From: an uncultured Clostridia bacterium
GTDB lineage: Bacteria; Bacillota; Clostridia; Christensenellales; UBA1242
DNA length: 64,000 bases
Direction: 5' to 3'
Assembly: GCA_934757845.1 (NCBI GenBank)
Contig: CAKVLQ010000002.1
Span: forward strand, 54,958 to 118,957
In this document: in pieces, positions 54,590 through 64,000 of the stretch
How positions within the stretch are numbered: position 1 is the first letter of the stretch
Layout of the letters: every line of letters starts with the position of its first letter
Made by a program: the position numbers and the translations under genes
Notes under the pieces: generated by a model
The model's input: the letters and a program-made list of their open reading frames with translations, nothing else
Databases searched by the model: none
Told to the model about the DNA's origin: nothing

Positions 54590-56917
54590 ATGAACATAAC
54601 AACAAATAATAACAACATAACAAATGAAATGTCTTTTGAAGAGATTTGCAAATCGTTTGGATTATCACAAAAAGTTGCAGAAATTTTGGTGAAAAGGGGA
54701 TATAACACCCAAAACAAAATTAACTCTTTTTTGTTTGACGATATAAGCAATTTGAAAGACCCTTTTTTGATGCTTAATATGAAAGAAGTGGTTTCAAGAA
54801 TTGAAAAAGCAATTAAAAACAATGAAAAGATTTTGATTTTTGGTGATTATGATGTTGACGGAATTTGTGCAACAAGCATAATGTATAACTATTTAAAAAC
54901 AAAAACTGGCAATGTTTTTGCATATCTTCCAAACCGATTTGAAGATGGTTATGGGCTAACTTGCCCATGCATTGACAAAATTGCAAAAAAAGAAAAACCC
55001 GACCTTATTATAACAGTTGATTGTGGAATTTCGTGTGCAAAAGAAGTGGAATTTGTAAAACAAATGGGGATTGATATTATTGTAACCGACCATCATGTTA
55101 TTCCAAATGAAGTGCCAAAATGTTTGTGTGTTAATCCAAAATTTATTCAACCATATAATTTTAATGGCTTGTGCGGGGCAGGCGTTGCTTTCAAAATTGT
55201 TCAAGCACTATGTTTTAATCAAAAAGAAAATTTTGAACCTTATATTGCCCTAGCGTCTATTGCCACAATAGCCGATATTGTGCCACTTTGTGATGAAAAT
55301 CGAATTATTGTTAAGGAAGGATTAAAAAGGCTTGATATGCTTCCTATTGGCGTCAAAATTTTGCTTAAAGACACCTTTAAAACTTTAAAAAATCTTTCTT
55401 CAAATGATATTGCTTTTAAAATTGCACCAAAAATAAATTCGGCAGGAAGGCTTGACGATGCGAGCATTGCGTTAACTTTGTTTATTTCAACAAATTTAAA
55501 AGATATAAACAACAGTTTAAAGCAACTTGAATATTTGAACAACAAAAGAAAATCTTTGTGTGAAAAAATTTTTGAAGATGCAAAAGAACTTGCCAAAAAT
55601 TTGAAAGATAATAAGATTATAATTTTGTTCAAAAAAAATTGGGATATTGGCGTTTTGGGCATTGTTTGTGCAAAAATGTGCGATGAATTTGGGCTTCCAG
55701 TTTTGTTGTTTGGTGAAAATAATGGCGAACTTAAAGGATCGATGCGAACTGTTGGAAATATTGATGCGGTTAAAATTTTTGAACATTCAAAAGAATTACT
55801 TAATAATTATGGTGGGCATCAAAAAGCAGGCGGGGTTAGCATTTATGAAAAGAACTTAAAAGAATTTATTAAAAAATCAAACGAGTTTTTGAAACAAAAC
55901 TACTGTGAAGAAGATTTTAAAGTTTTAAGGCATTTTGATTTGGAAATTGACGAAAGTGAAATTTCAAGCAAATTTGTTCAAGAACTTAACATTTTTGAGC
56001 CTTGTGGATTTGAAAATCCAACACCTGTTTTTAAAACAAATTTGTTTGTAACAAAAGTTTCAAAACTAAAAAACATGGGGCATTTGATTATTAAAACTAA
56101 TAATGCCGAATATATTTCGTTTAACGATGAAAAAAATTTTGAAAACTATTTGAATTTTGACAAAAAAACTATTCTTTGTGAATTTTCGCTAAACAAATTT
56201 AGAAACAAAGAAAGTGTGAAAGGAATAATTAAATATTCAAGATTTTTTGAACCTAACAAAACATTAAAAAGCAAACTTTGTGCAAATTATTTTTGGGGGT
56301 TAGGATTTGATAGCGATTGTGATTTTAGACCAAAATATTACACAAGTTTGAAGCAAATTGAAAATATTTTTGACAACAAAACTGCAATTATTTGCTATGA
56401 TACGCAAAAAAATTTTGACAATGAGAAGTTTTGTTTTAGTTCGTTTTTTGCAGGTGGAGTTGAAAAAACAAATGTTATTTATGGGCTAAAAAACATAGAG
56501 GATTTGAAAAACTTTAATAAAATTGTTTTTTGTGAAAAACCAGCAAATTTGGGCTTTGCAAAACAAATTCAAACCTTTTTGAAAGCGAATGTTTATTTGC
56601 CAATTAATGATAATTTTGAAATTAAGCCAATAAAGCAAAGAGAAGAATTTTTGAATGTTTATTATGTCCTTATTAAAGGCATAAACAAAAATATTTTTGC
56701 TCAAAGCGAATATGAATATTTTGAACTTTTGCAATCTAACTTTAAACCAAACTTTGATTTTTTAACATTTTTTTTGGCTATAATGGTTTTTAAAGAGTTA
56801 AAATTGATTGACGAAAAGCATAATGATTGTGGTAAAATAGGGTATAAACTTAACAAGATTAAAACTGATTTAGAAAATTCTAGTATTTTTCAAAAATTAA
56901 AAAATTTTGGGGACTAA
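54590..56917 (+). CDS. recJ: single-stranded-DNA-specific exonuclease RecJ
   Basis: DHH motifs ILIFGDYDVDGICA, TVDCG and VTDHH, plus the DHHA1 motif GGHQKAGG. Start uncertain (54539 TTG, 54590 or 54629 ATG). Confidence 0.88.
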   Translation: MNITTNNNNITNEMSFEEICKSFGLSQKVAEILVKRGYNTQNKINSFLFDDISNLKDPFLMLNMKEVVSRIEKAIKNNEKILIFGDYDVDGICATSIMYNYLKTKTGNVFAYLPNRFEDGYGLTCPCIDKIAKKEKPDLIITVDCGISCAKEVEFVKQMGIDIIVTDHHVIPNEVPKCLCVNPKFIQPYNFNGLCGAGVAFKIVQALCFNQKENFEPYIALASIATIADIVPLCDENRIIVKEGLKRLDMLPIGVKILLKDTFKTLKNLSSNDIAFKIAPKINSAGRLDDASIALTLFISTNLKDINNSLKQLEYLNNKRKSLCEKIFEDAKELAKNLKDNKIIILFKKNWDIGVLGIVCAKMCDEFGLPVLLFGENNGELKGSMRTVGNIDAVKIFEHSKELLNNYGGHQKAGGVSIYEKNLKEFIKKSNEFLKQNYCEEDFKVLRHFDLEIDESEISSKFVQELNIFEPCGFENPTPVFKTNLFVTKVSKLKNMGHLIIKTNNAEYISFNDEKNFENYLNFDKKTILCEFSLNKFRNKESVKGIIKYSRFFEPNKTLKSKLCANYFWGLGFDSDCDFRPKYYTSLKQIENIFDNKTAIICYDTQKNFDNEKFCFSSFFAGGVEKTNVIYGLKNIEDLKNFNKIVFCEKPANLGFAKQIQTFLKANVYLPINDNFEIKPIKQREEFLNVYYVLIKGINKNIFAQSEYEYFELLQSNFKPNFDFLTFFLAIMVFKELKLIDEKHNDCGKIGYKLNKIKTDLENSSIFQKLKNFGD

Positions 56918-56918
56918 C

Positions 56919-59039
56919 ATGAAAGAAAATCTTTTTAAAAGTTATGAGCATTTATCAAATGACGAAAAACAAAAAATATCAAAAATTTTAAAGCAATTTG
57001 AAGAAATTGACCCAAGAAGTGAAAAAATTGCTGAAATTTTGATGCAAAATAATGCTGATTTTATAACACTTTTAAGTGGAATTTTGCTGATTGATTATAG
57101 AAAACATAATATTGCTTTTGATGATATAGAGTGCTTAACAAATGAAGAAAAAACAGAGTGTCAAGACATATTGAATGGAATTTTGAAAAGCGAAGAAGTT
57201 AAACTTAATCACAATGAAATTAGCACTGAAAACATTAAAAATTTGTTGCTATCTATTGCAAACGACATAAGGGTTATTTTGGTTAAACTTGCCGAAGTTG
57301 TGGCAAAAGCCGAATATTATAATAAAAAACTTGACGGGGAACTTAACAGCGAAGAAAAAGAAAAAATTTCACATTTTCATTTGCTTGTTAAAGAACTTTA
57401 TGCGCCAATTTCTGCAAGGCTTGGATTAAGTGTTATAAAAAGCAAACTTCAAGACTATAACATAAGATTTTATCACAAAGATGAGTATGATAAAATTAGC
57501 AAAGACCTTGACCGAATTTGCAAAAATCGAAATGAAGAAATTGAAATTAACATAAAAAAAATAAGCGATTTGATGCAAAAAAATAATATTAAAGCCAAAG
57601 TTTATGGAAGGGTTAAACACATTTCAAGTATATTTAACAAACTTCAAGACAAAAATTATAACATTTCGCAAATTTATGACCTTTTGGCGGTTAGAATTTT
57701 GGTTAATTCAGTTGAAAAATGTTATGAAGTTTTATCTATCATAAATTCTTGCTATACACCAATAGATAACAGGTTTAAAGACTATATAGCAAGACCAAAA
57801 CCAAATGGCTATCAAAGCATTCACACAACGGTTATCACCGAAAATAACGACCCGCTTGAAATTCAAATAAGAACAAATCAAATGCACGAATTTGCTGAAT
57901 ATGGTGTTGCGGCACACTTTTTATATAAAGAAAAACAAACAAAAAAATCAACTCTTGACGAAAAACTTATTTGGGTTAAAAAACTTATTGAAAGCAATGA
58001 GTTTTGTTCGGCACAAGATTATTTAACCGAACTTAAAAATGATTTATATGCCAATGAAATATTTGTTCAAAGCCCTCTTGGAAAGGTTATAAGTTTGAAA
58101 GAAAATTCTTCTCCAATAGATTTTGCATACGCAATTCACAGCGATGTTGGAAATCATTGTGTTGGTGCAAAAATTAACGGGAAATTGTTGCCATTAAACA
58201 CGGCACTTAATAATGGTGATGTGGTTGAAATATTAACCAATCAAAACGCAAAACCAAGCCGAGATTGGCTTAAATTTATCAACACAAAAGAAGCCCGAAA
58301 CAAACTTAATTCTTATTTTAGAAAAGAACTTAAAGACGAAAATGTTAAGCGTGGAAAGCAAATGTTAGAGGAAACTTGCAAATCAAAGCACGTTGAACTT
58401 AAAAGTTTGTTGAACGCAGAATGGCTTGAAGAGTTATTTGACAAATGGACTTTAAAAAGTTTAGATGATTTGTATGCATCTGTTGGCCATGGAACGCTAA
58501 CAAGCACGCAAGTTGTTAACAAACTTTTAAACAAATTTAAACAAAACGAAAAACAAGAAGAAATTAGCATAAAAACGCCAAAAATAAAAAACTATGAAAA
58601 AGGCATTGTTTTTGAAAACGGTATTAGTGGGCTTTTGGTTAGGTTTGCAAAATGTTGTTTGCCTGTTCCTGGTGACGAAATTGTTGGTTTTATTTCACAA
58701 GGCAGGGGAATAACAATTCATACAAAAGATTGCAAAAATGTTAATAACTTGAACAAAGAAAGGTTGATAAACGCTTATTTTGCGGGCGACCAAAAAGAAA
58801 AATTTAATGCTCATTTGCAAATTATTGCAAACAAAAACAATAATATTGTTTTGAGCATAACAAAAATAATTATAAATGAAAAATTAGATTTAACGGGGGT
58901 TAATGTTAATAATTTATCCGATCAAATTTTGGTTGATGTTTTTGTTGATGTTAAAAACCTTGAAGAATTGAATATGCTTATGAAAAAATTAAAGTCGGTT
59001 AGCGATGTTATTGAAGTTAAACGGGCGAAAGGAGAATAA
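56919..59039 (+). CDS. relA: long RelA/SpoT-homolog: intact (p)ppGpp synthetase, TGS and ACT domains, degenerate hydrolase domain
   Basis: Synthetase motifs GRVKHISSIFNKL, YDLLAVRILV, YIARPKPNGYQSIHTTV and EIQIRTNQMHEFAEYGVAAHFLYKE. The HD-domain signature positions read LLID and KLAEVVAKAEYY instead of LHDV and KLADRLHNMRTL. Confidence 0.9.
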   Translation: MKENLFKSYEHLSNDEKQKISKILKQFEEIDPRSEKIAEILMQNNADFITLLSGILLIDYRKHNIAFDDIECLTNEEKTECQDILNGILKSEEVKLNHNEISTENIKNLLLSIANDIRVILVKLAEVVAKAEYYNKKLDGELNSEEKEKISHFHLLVKELYAPISARLGLSVIKSKLQDYNIRFYHKDEYDKISKDLDRICKNRNEEIEINIKKISDLMQKNNIKAKVYGRVKHISSIFNKLQDKNYNISQIYDLLAVRILVNSVEKCYEVLSIINSCYTPIDNRFKDYIARPKPNGYQSIHTTVITENNDPLEIQIRTNQMHEFAEYGVAAHFLYKEKQTKKSTLDEKLIWVKKLIESNEFCSAQDYLTELKNDLYANEIFVQSPLGKVISLKENSSPIDFAYAIHSDVGNHCVGAKINGKLLPLNTALNNGDVVEILTNQNAKPSRDWLKFINTKEARNKLNSYFRKELKDENVKRGKQMLEETCKSKHVELKSLLNAEWLEELFDKWTLKSLDDLYASVGHGTLTSTQVVNKLLNKFKQNEKQEEISIKTPKIKNYEKGIVFENGISGLLVRFAKCCLPVPGDEIVGFISQGRGITIHTKDCKNVNNLNKERLINAYFAGDQKEKFNAHLQIIANKNNNIVLSITKIIINEKLDLTGVNVNNLSDQILVDVFVDVKNLEELNMLMKKLKSVSDVIEVKRAKGE

Positions 59040-60460
59040 TGGAAATTATAACAAACATAGAAAACAATTATGAATTTCAAGACATAATTAAACTTTTTGT
59101 TCCGCAAAATTTTGAAGAATATGATATTATTGTTGACCACAATATGGAAGAAAAAGATGGAAAAATTTTTAATTTTTATAAAGTTAAAAATTTGGGTCAA
59201 GAGTTTGAATATGAAAAGATAAGTGAAGTTTCACCTTTTATTTCGGCAAAAAGTTTTGCCAAAATTGGTCTTTATGAAATTTTAAGTAAAATTTTTAACA
59301 AGCAAATGCCTTATGGCGCTTTAACAGGCATAAGACCAGTTAAGTTTTGCTATGACCTTTTTAAAAAAGGGCTTAAAAAAACTTCAATAAAAAACTTTTT
59401 GATAAATAATTATCATGTATCAGAAGAAAAAGTTGATTTGATTATTGATATAATTATAAATCAAAGCAATTTGGAACTTAACGACAAACTTGTTGACTTT
59501 TATGTTAACATTCCTTTTTGTCCGTCAAGATGTTCTTATTGCAGTTTTATTTCTATGGAAATTGGCAAGGCTGGAAACCTTGTTGATGAATATGTTGACA
59601 AACTTGTTTATGAGATTGAAAAAACCAAACAATTTTTGATGGAAAATTATTTTATTGTAAAAAGCGTTTATATTGGTGGTGGAACTCCAACAAGTTTAAC
59701 TTGTCAGCAACTTGAAAAGATTTTGCAAAGCGTAAGTTTCAAAACAAAAGAATTTACTGTTGAAGCGGGAAGACCCGACACAATAACAAAATCTAAACTT
59801 GAACTTTTAAAAAAATATGGAGTAACAAGAATATCAATTAATCCACAAACATTTAATGACAAAGTTTTGGAATCTATTGGCAGAAAGCACACAGCAATGG
59901 ACGCTGTTAATGCATATAAACTTGCAAGAGAATATGGCTTTGACATTAACATGGATTTGATTATGGGGCTTAACAAAGACACAATTAAAAGTTTTGAAAA
60001 TACTATGGAAGTTACAACATTTCTTAAGCCCGACAATATAACAATTCACACATTATCTTTAAAACGGGCATCAAAACTTAAAGAAGAAAATGCCAATATC
60101 TTTAAAAACGAAAGTCGAGTTTTAAAAATGGGCAAAATTGCATCAAACCTTTTAAAACAAAATGGATATAAGCCATATTATCTTTATAGACAAAAAAATA
60201 TGGTTAGTGGGCAAGAAAATGTGGGATATTTTGTTGATAACAAAATTTGTTATTTTAACATTGATTCTATGGACGAACTTTCAAGCATTGTTGCGTGTGG
60301 TGCAAACGGAATTAGCAAACGAATTTTTAGTTTAACAAACCGTATTGAACGCTTTGCAAATGTTAAAGATATAAAAGAATATAATAATCGTGTTGACGAA
60401 ATGATTGAAAAGAAAAAAGAACTTTTTTCGGAAAGCGAGTTTAAAAAGCAAACAAAATAA
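59039..60460 (+). CDS. radical SAM coproporphyrinogen dehydrogenase-like protein (HemZ/HemN family)
   Basis: IPFCPSRCSYCSF (CxxxCxxC), GGGTPT, and a HemN-like C-terminus with an N-terminal extension typical of HemZ. Confidence 0.8.
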   Translation: MEIITNIENNYEFQDIIKLFVPQNFEEYDIIVDHNMEEKDGKIFNFYKVKNLGQEFEYEKISEVSPFISAKSFAKIGLYEILSKIFNKQMPYGALTGIRPVKFCYDLFKKGLKKTSIKNFLINNYHVSEEKVDLIIDIIINQSNLELNDKLVDFYVNIPFCPSRCSYCSFISMEIGKAGNLVDEYVDKLVYEIEKTKQFLMENYFIVKSVYIGGGTPTSLTCQQLEKILQSVSFKTKEFTVEAGRPDTITKSKLELLKKYGVTRISINPQTFNDKVLESIGRKHTAMDAVNAYKLAREYGFDINMDLIMGLNKDTIKSFENTMEVTTFLKPDNITIHTLSLKRASKLKEENANIFKNESRVLKMGKIASNLLKQNGYKPYYLYRQKNMVSGQENVGYFVDNKICYFNIDSMDELSSIVACGANGISKRIFSLTNRIERFANVKDIKEYNNRVDEMIEKKKELFSESEFKKQTK

Positions 60461-60570
60461 AAAATGTTGTAAAATGCTTATAAGCAAATAAATATAATTG
60501 TTTTGCGGTTTTTAAATTATTTTAAATTTTTTTGGCGAATAAAAAAGAAAATTGTTTCATATATTTATTT

Positions 60571-60993
60571 ATGCAATGCGGGCAAGAATTTTCTTTTCAA
60601 GACCTTAAATGCAAAACTGTGATTAATGTTTTGGACGGCAAAATTTTAGGAAATATAATTGATATTATTTTCTTTCCTCAAACGGGAAAGATTTTGGGCT
60701 TTATTGTGCCTGGCGAAAAGAAAGGTTGGTTTAAGCCATGTGATAATATATTTATTCCTTATTCGTGCGTTTGCAAAGTTGGCATTGATTGCATTTTGGT
60801 TAGGCTTTGCGTGGAAACAAAAAATCCTTTGTCTTGTCCGCCAAAAGGAAAACTTGGCGAAATGATTGGCATATTAGATGATAATGAAAACAATCAATCT
60901 TCTTTTGACAAAAATTTTGATTATCAACAAAGTCAAAATTTGCAAAATAACAACATACAACAACAATATCAAAATTATTATAAAAACGAATAA
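60571..60993 (+). CDS. YlmC/YmxH-family PRC-barrel sporulation protein with a Q/N-rich tail
   Basis: FQDLKCKTVINVLDGKILGNIIDIIFFPQTGKILGFIVPG, followed by about 50 aa rich in Q and N (QQSQNLQNNNIQQQYQNYY). Confidence 0.7.
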   Translation: MQCGQEFSFQDLKCKTVINVLDGKILGNIIDIIFFPQTGKILGFIVPGEKKGWFKPCDNIFIPYSCVCKVGIDCILVRLCVETKNPLSCPPKGKLGEMIGILDDNENNQSSFDKNFDYQQSQNLQNNNIQQQYQNYYKNE

Positions 60994-61014
60994 ATATATT
61001 ATTCGTTTTTTTTT
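60982..61014. terminator. bidirectional terminator (ylmC-like gene / ZIP transporter)
   Basis: Stem ACGAATA/TATTCGT followed by T9. Confidence 0.7.
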
Positions 61015-61058
61015 GTTGTCAAAATAAAAAAGATTTAGTTAGATTTTAACGAAAGTTT

Positions 61059-61817
61059 TTAAAACACAATATCCAAAATCATCATAAGGCAAAAACCAAT
61101 AATAAAACTCCAAGTGCCAAGATTATTGTGTCCATCTAGGCTTGCTTCGGGCAAAAGTTCTTCAATCAAAACATAAATCATAGTGCCAGCAGCAAAACTC
61201 AAAACATAGGGGAACAATCCTTGCAAACTGAACGCTAAAAACAGCCCAAGAACGCTTGCAATGGGTTCAACCACAGCAGAAAGCACACCAAACATAAACG
61301 CTTTAAATCGGCTGTTTAAACTGTCTTTCATGGGAAGGGAAATTGCACTGCCTTCTGGGAAGTTTTGAATGCCCATGCCAATGGCAAGGCTTAAAGCCGA
61401 CAAACAAAGGGGCATACTTCCAGACGAAATTGCAATTCCAAACGCAAAGCCCACGGCAAGACCTTCGGGAATGTTGTGAACGGTTACGGCAATAAAAAGT
61501 TTTGTATTTTTTGAAAGTCCGTTTTGGTTCTTGCTTAATTTTTGCGAAATAAAGTCTAGAAAAACAATAAACAAAGCCCCCAAAATTATGCCCAAAACTG
61601 CGGGGACAAATTTAAAATCACCATAACTTTGGCTTGCTTCTATTGACGGAATGATTAATGACCAAATTGTGGCGGCAAACATTATTCCTGCACTTAAACC
61701 ATAAAAAATGGTGTTTAGTTTTTTGCTTATTGGTTTTTTGAAAAAGAAAACTAAACTTGAACCTAATATTGTCATAATTAAAGCAAATGATATTCCAAGA
61801 ATTGTGTAGCAAATCAT
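61059..61817 (-). CDS. ZIP-family zinc/metal transporter (ZupT/GufA-like)
   Basis: Polytopic. HNIPEGLAVG and QNFPEGSAIS motifs. Start taken at MICYTILG. Confidence 0.85.
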   Translation of the reverse strand: MICYTILGISFALIMTILGSSLVFFFKKPISKKLNTIFYGLSAGIMFAATIWSLIIPSIEASQSYGDFKFVPAVLGIILGALFIVFLDFISQKLSKNQNGLSKNTKLFIAVTVHNIPEGLAVGFAFGIAISSGSMPLCLSALSLAIGMGIQNFPEGSAISLPMKDSLNSRFKAFMFGVLSAVVEPIASVLGLFLAFSLQGLFPYVLSFAAGTMIYVLIEELLPEASLDGHNNLGTWSFIIGFCLMMILDIVF

Positions 61818-62029
61818 ATTAGCATTATATGAAATCTTGTTTTTTTGTGCTAAACAAAAAATAGGCACAAAAATTTTATTCTTTTTTTTTGTTTACGCTT
61901 TAAAATTTTAATTAAAAATTTAACATTTTTTGCATTAGAAATTTTTAATAAAAAAGTTTTTTGGCAATTTTTTTTATATATTTTTATAAATTATTGACTA
62001 TTATTTGTTTTTGATTTAAAATATTATAT

Positions 62030-62626
62030 ATGAACAAATATAAATTTTTAAGTTGGTTTTTGTGCATATTTGCATTAATTTGGGCATTTTTTGCTTTTGT
62101 TAATATATTTAATGCCACTTTAAGTGAAGTGAACTATAATTATAACAAGCAGTTTGATGCTGAAATTGATGGAATTATTCAAAATCAATCAAATTTTGGA
62201 TATATTAAATATGGTTTTGGAAATATTGCGGACAATGGCTGTGGTGCGATAAGTTTGTATAACATTCTTTGCCTTGACGGAAAGCCTGAAAAACTTTCGG
62301 AGATTATAAGAAGCATAGACAAAAATGGGCTTAATTTTTATGGCTTTGTTGGAACAAATCCGTTCACTCTTTCACGAAAATTGGCTGAGAAAGGTTATAG
62401 TGTTAGTTTAACAGTTGAAAATGATAATTTTGAAAGTCAACTTAAAAGCAATAAACATTCAATTTTGGTTTATTTTTCACTAGAAAGCGGACATTTTCAA
62501 CTTATTGATTATGACAAAGAAATTCAAAAATTTCAACTAATAAATCCTTATCAAAAACTAACTTATAATCAACTTTTGACGAGTATAAAAAAATATCCTT
62601 TTAGGCTTTTGATTAATGTTAATTAG
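62030..62626 (+). CDS. secreted or membrane-anchored hypothetical protein, possible papain-like cysteine peptidase fold
   Basis: N-terminal TM/signal segment. NGCGAISLYN (candidate catalytic Cys) and later SGHFQLI (candidate His). Weak, from motifs only. Confidence 0.45.
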   Translation: MNKYKFLSWFLCIFALIWAFFAFVNIFNATLSEVNYNYNKQFDAEIDGIIQNQSNFGYIKYGFGNIADNGCGAISLYNILCLDGKPEKLSEIIRSIDKNGLNFYGFVGTNPFTLSRKLAEKGYSVSLTVENDNFESQLKSNKHSILVYFSLESGHFQLIDYDKEIQKFQLINPYQKLTYNQLLTSIKKYPFRLLINVN

Positions 62627-62680
62627 TTTTTTTAAAATTATAATTTAATTTACTTATTTTAATAACAAATATTTAAAATT

Positions 62681-62707
62681 ACAAACTTTTTTTAAGTTTG
62701 TTTTTTT
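62681..62707 (+). terminator. intrinsic terminator
   Basis: Stem ACAAACTT/AAGTTTGT followed by T7. Confidence 0.65.
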
Positions 62708-62710
62708 GTT

Positions 62711-62738
62711 TTGAAAACAAAATATTTTTTGATATAAT
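62711..62738 (+). promoter_or_regulatory. sigma-A promoter of nrdR
   Basis: TTGAAA, 16-nt spacer, TGaTATAAT. The -10 ends 6 nt before the nrdR ATG and no SD is present. Confidence 0.55.
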
Positions 62739-62744
62739 TAAAAT

Positions 62745-63209
62745 ATGAAATGTTTAAATTGTGGTCATGATGAAGACAAAGTTATTGACAGCCGTGTTAT
62801 AGATGACGGAACTTGCATAAGAAGAAGGCGAGAATGCATAAATTGTGGAAAAAGATTTACAACCTTTGAAACTATTGAAACAACGCCTATTTTGGTTATT
62901 AAAAACGACCAAACACGAGAACCGTTTAACAAAGAAAAAATAAAAAATGGGGTTATCAAAGCGTGCGGAAAGCGTCCAGTTTCGATTGAACAAATAAACG
63001 AACTTGTTGACAGTGTTGAAAAAGAAATTCAAAACACATTAAAAAGTGAAGTTGAAACCAAGTTTATTGGAAAACTTGTTATGGACAAACTTAAAACTCT
63101 TGACGAAATTGCGTATATTAGGTTTGCAAGCCTTTATAGATATTTTACAGATGCAACAAATTTTATTGACTTTTTGAATGAGTTTAACAAAAAAAATGAA
63201 AGAAAATAG
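62745..63209 (+). CDS. nrdR: transcriptional repressor NrdR
   Basis: MKCLNCGHDEDKVIDSR...CINCGKRFTTFE zinc ribbon plus an ATP-cone. Confidence 0.96.
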   Translation: MKCLNCGHDEDKVIDSRVIDDGTCIRRRRECINCGKRFTTFETIETTPILVIKNDQTREPFNKEKIKNGVIKACGKRPVSIEQINELVDSVEKEIQNTLKSEVETKFIGKLVMDKLKTLDEIAYIRFASLYRYFTDATNFIDFLNEFNKKNERK

Positions 63210-63324
63210 AATTAAAACCACAAATTTTTGTTGTGGTTTTTTTATGTGAACATATTTGCACTTTTTTAAAATTCTTTAAATTTTGTTTTTGAAAAATTAA
63301 AATATTTGCTATAATGTTATGTTT

Positions 63325-64000
63325 ATGATTAGTAAAGTTTTTAGTTTTGGATTAGTAGGAATTGAGGGGTATAGCGTTCAGGTTGAAGTTGATATTCATA
63401 ATGGTCTTCCGGGCTATGATGTTGTTGGGCTTGCCGATACAGCAATAAAAGAAAGCAAAGAAAGGGTTAAAAGTGCCATAAAAAACACCGAAAATCTTGA
63501 CTTTCCAAAATATAAAATTGTTGTTAATCTTGCCCCAGCCGACACAAAAAAAGAAGGGGCTTATTATGACCTTGCTATCGCAACAGGCATTTTGCGTGCA
63601 ACTGACCAAATAAAAAATGATAGCCTTGATGAATTTGTTTTGATTGGCGAACTTTCGCTTAATGGCGATATAAGAAAAGTTAATGGAATTTTGCCTGTTT
63701 TAATTTCTATGCGTCAACATGGCTTTAAAAAAGTTATTATTCCGTTTGAAAACGCCCAAGAAGCAAGTTTTATTGAAGGTGTTGAAACTTATGCTTTTAA
63801 AACTTTAAAAGAAGTTGTTGAATTTTTTAATGGCGAAATTTCAAAAGAGCCAGTTAGTTCAACAAACTATGAAGAAATTAAAGCAAAAAACATAACAACC
63901 GAAGATTTTTGCCAAGTTAAGGGGCAATACACCGCAAAACGAGCACTTGAAATTGCGGCAGCGGGTGGGCACAATATGCTTATGATTGGGCCACCAGGAA
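63325..64000 (+). CDS. comM: YifB/ComM-family Mg-chelatase-like ATPase, 5' part (runs off the window)
   Basis: Not in the ORF track (no stop in the window). Hand translation: MISKVFSFGLVGIEGYSVQVEVDIHNGLPGYDVVGLADTAIKESKERVKSAI...GGHNMLMIGPPG. An in-frame ATG also lies at 63319. Confidence 0.85.
   Translation, partial: MISKVFSFGLVGIEGYSVQVEVDIHNGLPGYDVVGLADTAIKESKERVKSAIKNTENLDFPKYKIVVNLAPADTKKEGAYYDLAIATGILRATDQIKNDSLDEFVLIGELSLNGDIRKVNGILPVLISMRQHGFKKVIIPFENAQEASFIEGVETYAFKTLKEVVEFFNGEISKEPVSSTNYEEIKAKNITTEDFCQVKGQYTAKRALEIAAAGGHNMLMIGPPG

Overview
Strongly AT-rich 64-kb chromosomal segment using the standard genetic code (TGA, TAA and TAG all act as stops). Most genes lie on the + strand. 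Gene content and synteny point to an endospore-forming Bacillota with a compact, Clostridia-like genome. The diagnostic blocks are rpsP-KH-rimM-trmD, rpe-rpmB-yloU-yloV, murA-ftsQ...ftsA-ftsZ-spoIIGA-sigE, infC-rpmI-rplT and ruvCAB-queA-tgt-yajC...secDF-recJ-rel-hemZ. About 80 CDS, one tRNA-Arg(CCT) and many clean intrinsic terminators and consensus sigma-A promoters can be read from the sequence. No transposase, integrase, CRISPR array or rRNA was seen. Most of the window is housekeeping, but several parts stand out. (1) The best candidate for an undescribed system is a tight array of five diverged paralogous 79-80 aa XRE-type HTH proteins (29025-30257). It sits inside the division/sporulation cluster, divergent from a DUF1273/SLOG (YpsA-like) gene, and the shared control region carries three copies of a motif with a GATATATC palindromic core. 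(2) A 4.3-kb accessory insert lies between priA and tRNA-Arg/def. It encodes a protein with a TasA/camelysin-type signal and BspA/DUF285 repeats behind a terminator/antiterminator leader built on a tandem 15-mer. It also carries a translationally coupled DUF11-repeat plus Cys-rich pair. (3) Two 108-nt near-identical repeats with GTGCCTGTGGCAC hairpins fill a convergent intergenic region after rlmN. (4) The long RSH (Rel) has an intact synthetase but a degenerate hydrolase HD signature. (5) Several genes (ruvC with GTG, rimM, nrdR) have consensus promoters placed so that transcripts would be leaderless. (6) A DUF4279-like gene is wedged between ftsZ and spoIIGA, and sigG is absent after sigE. 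All functional calls come from motif and synteny recognition by eye. No database search was run.
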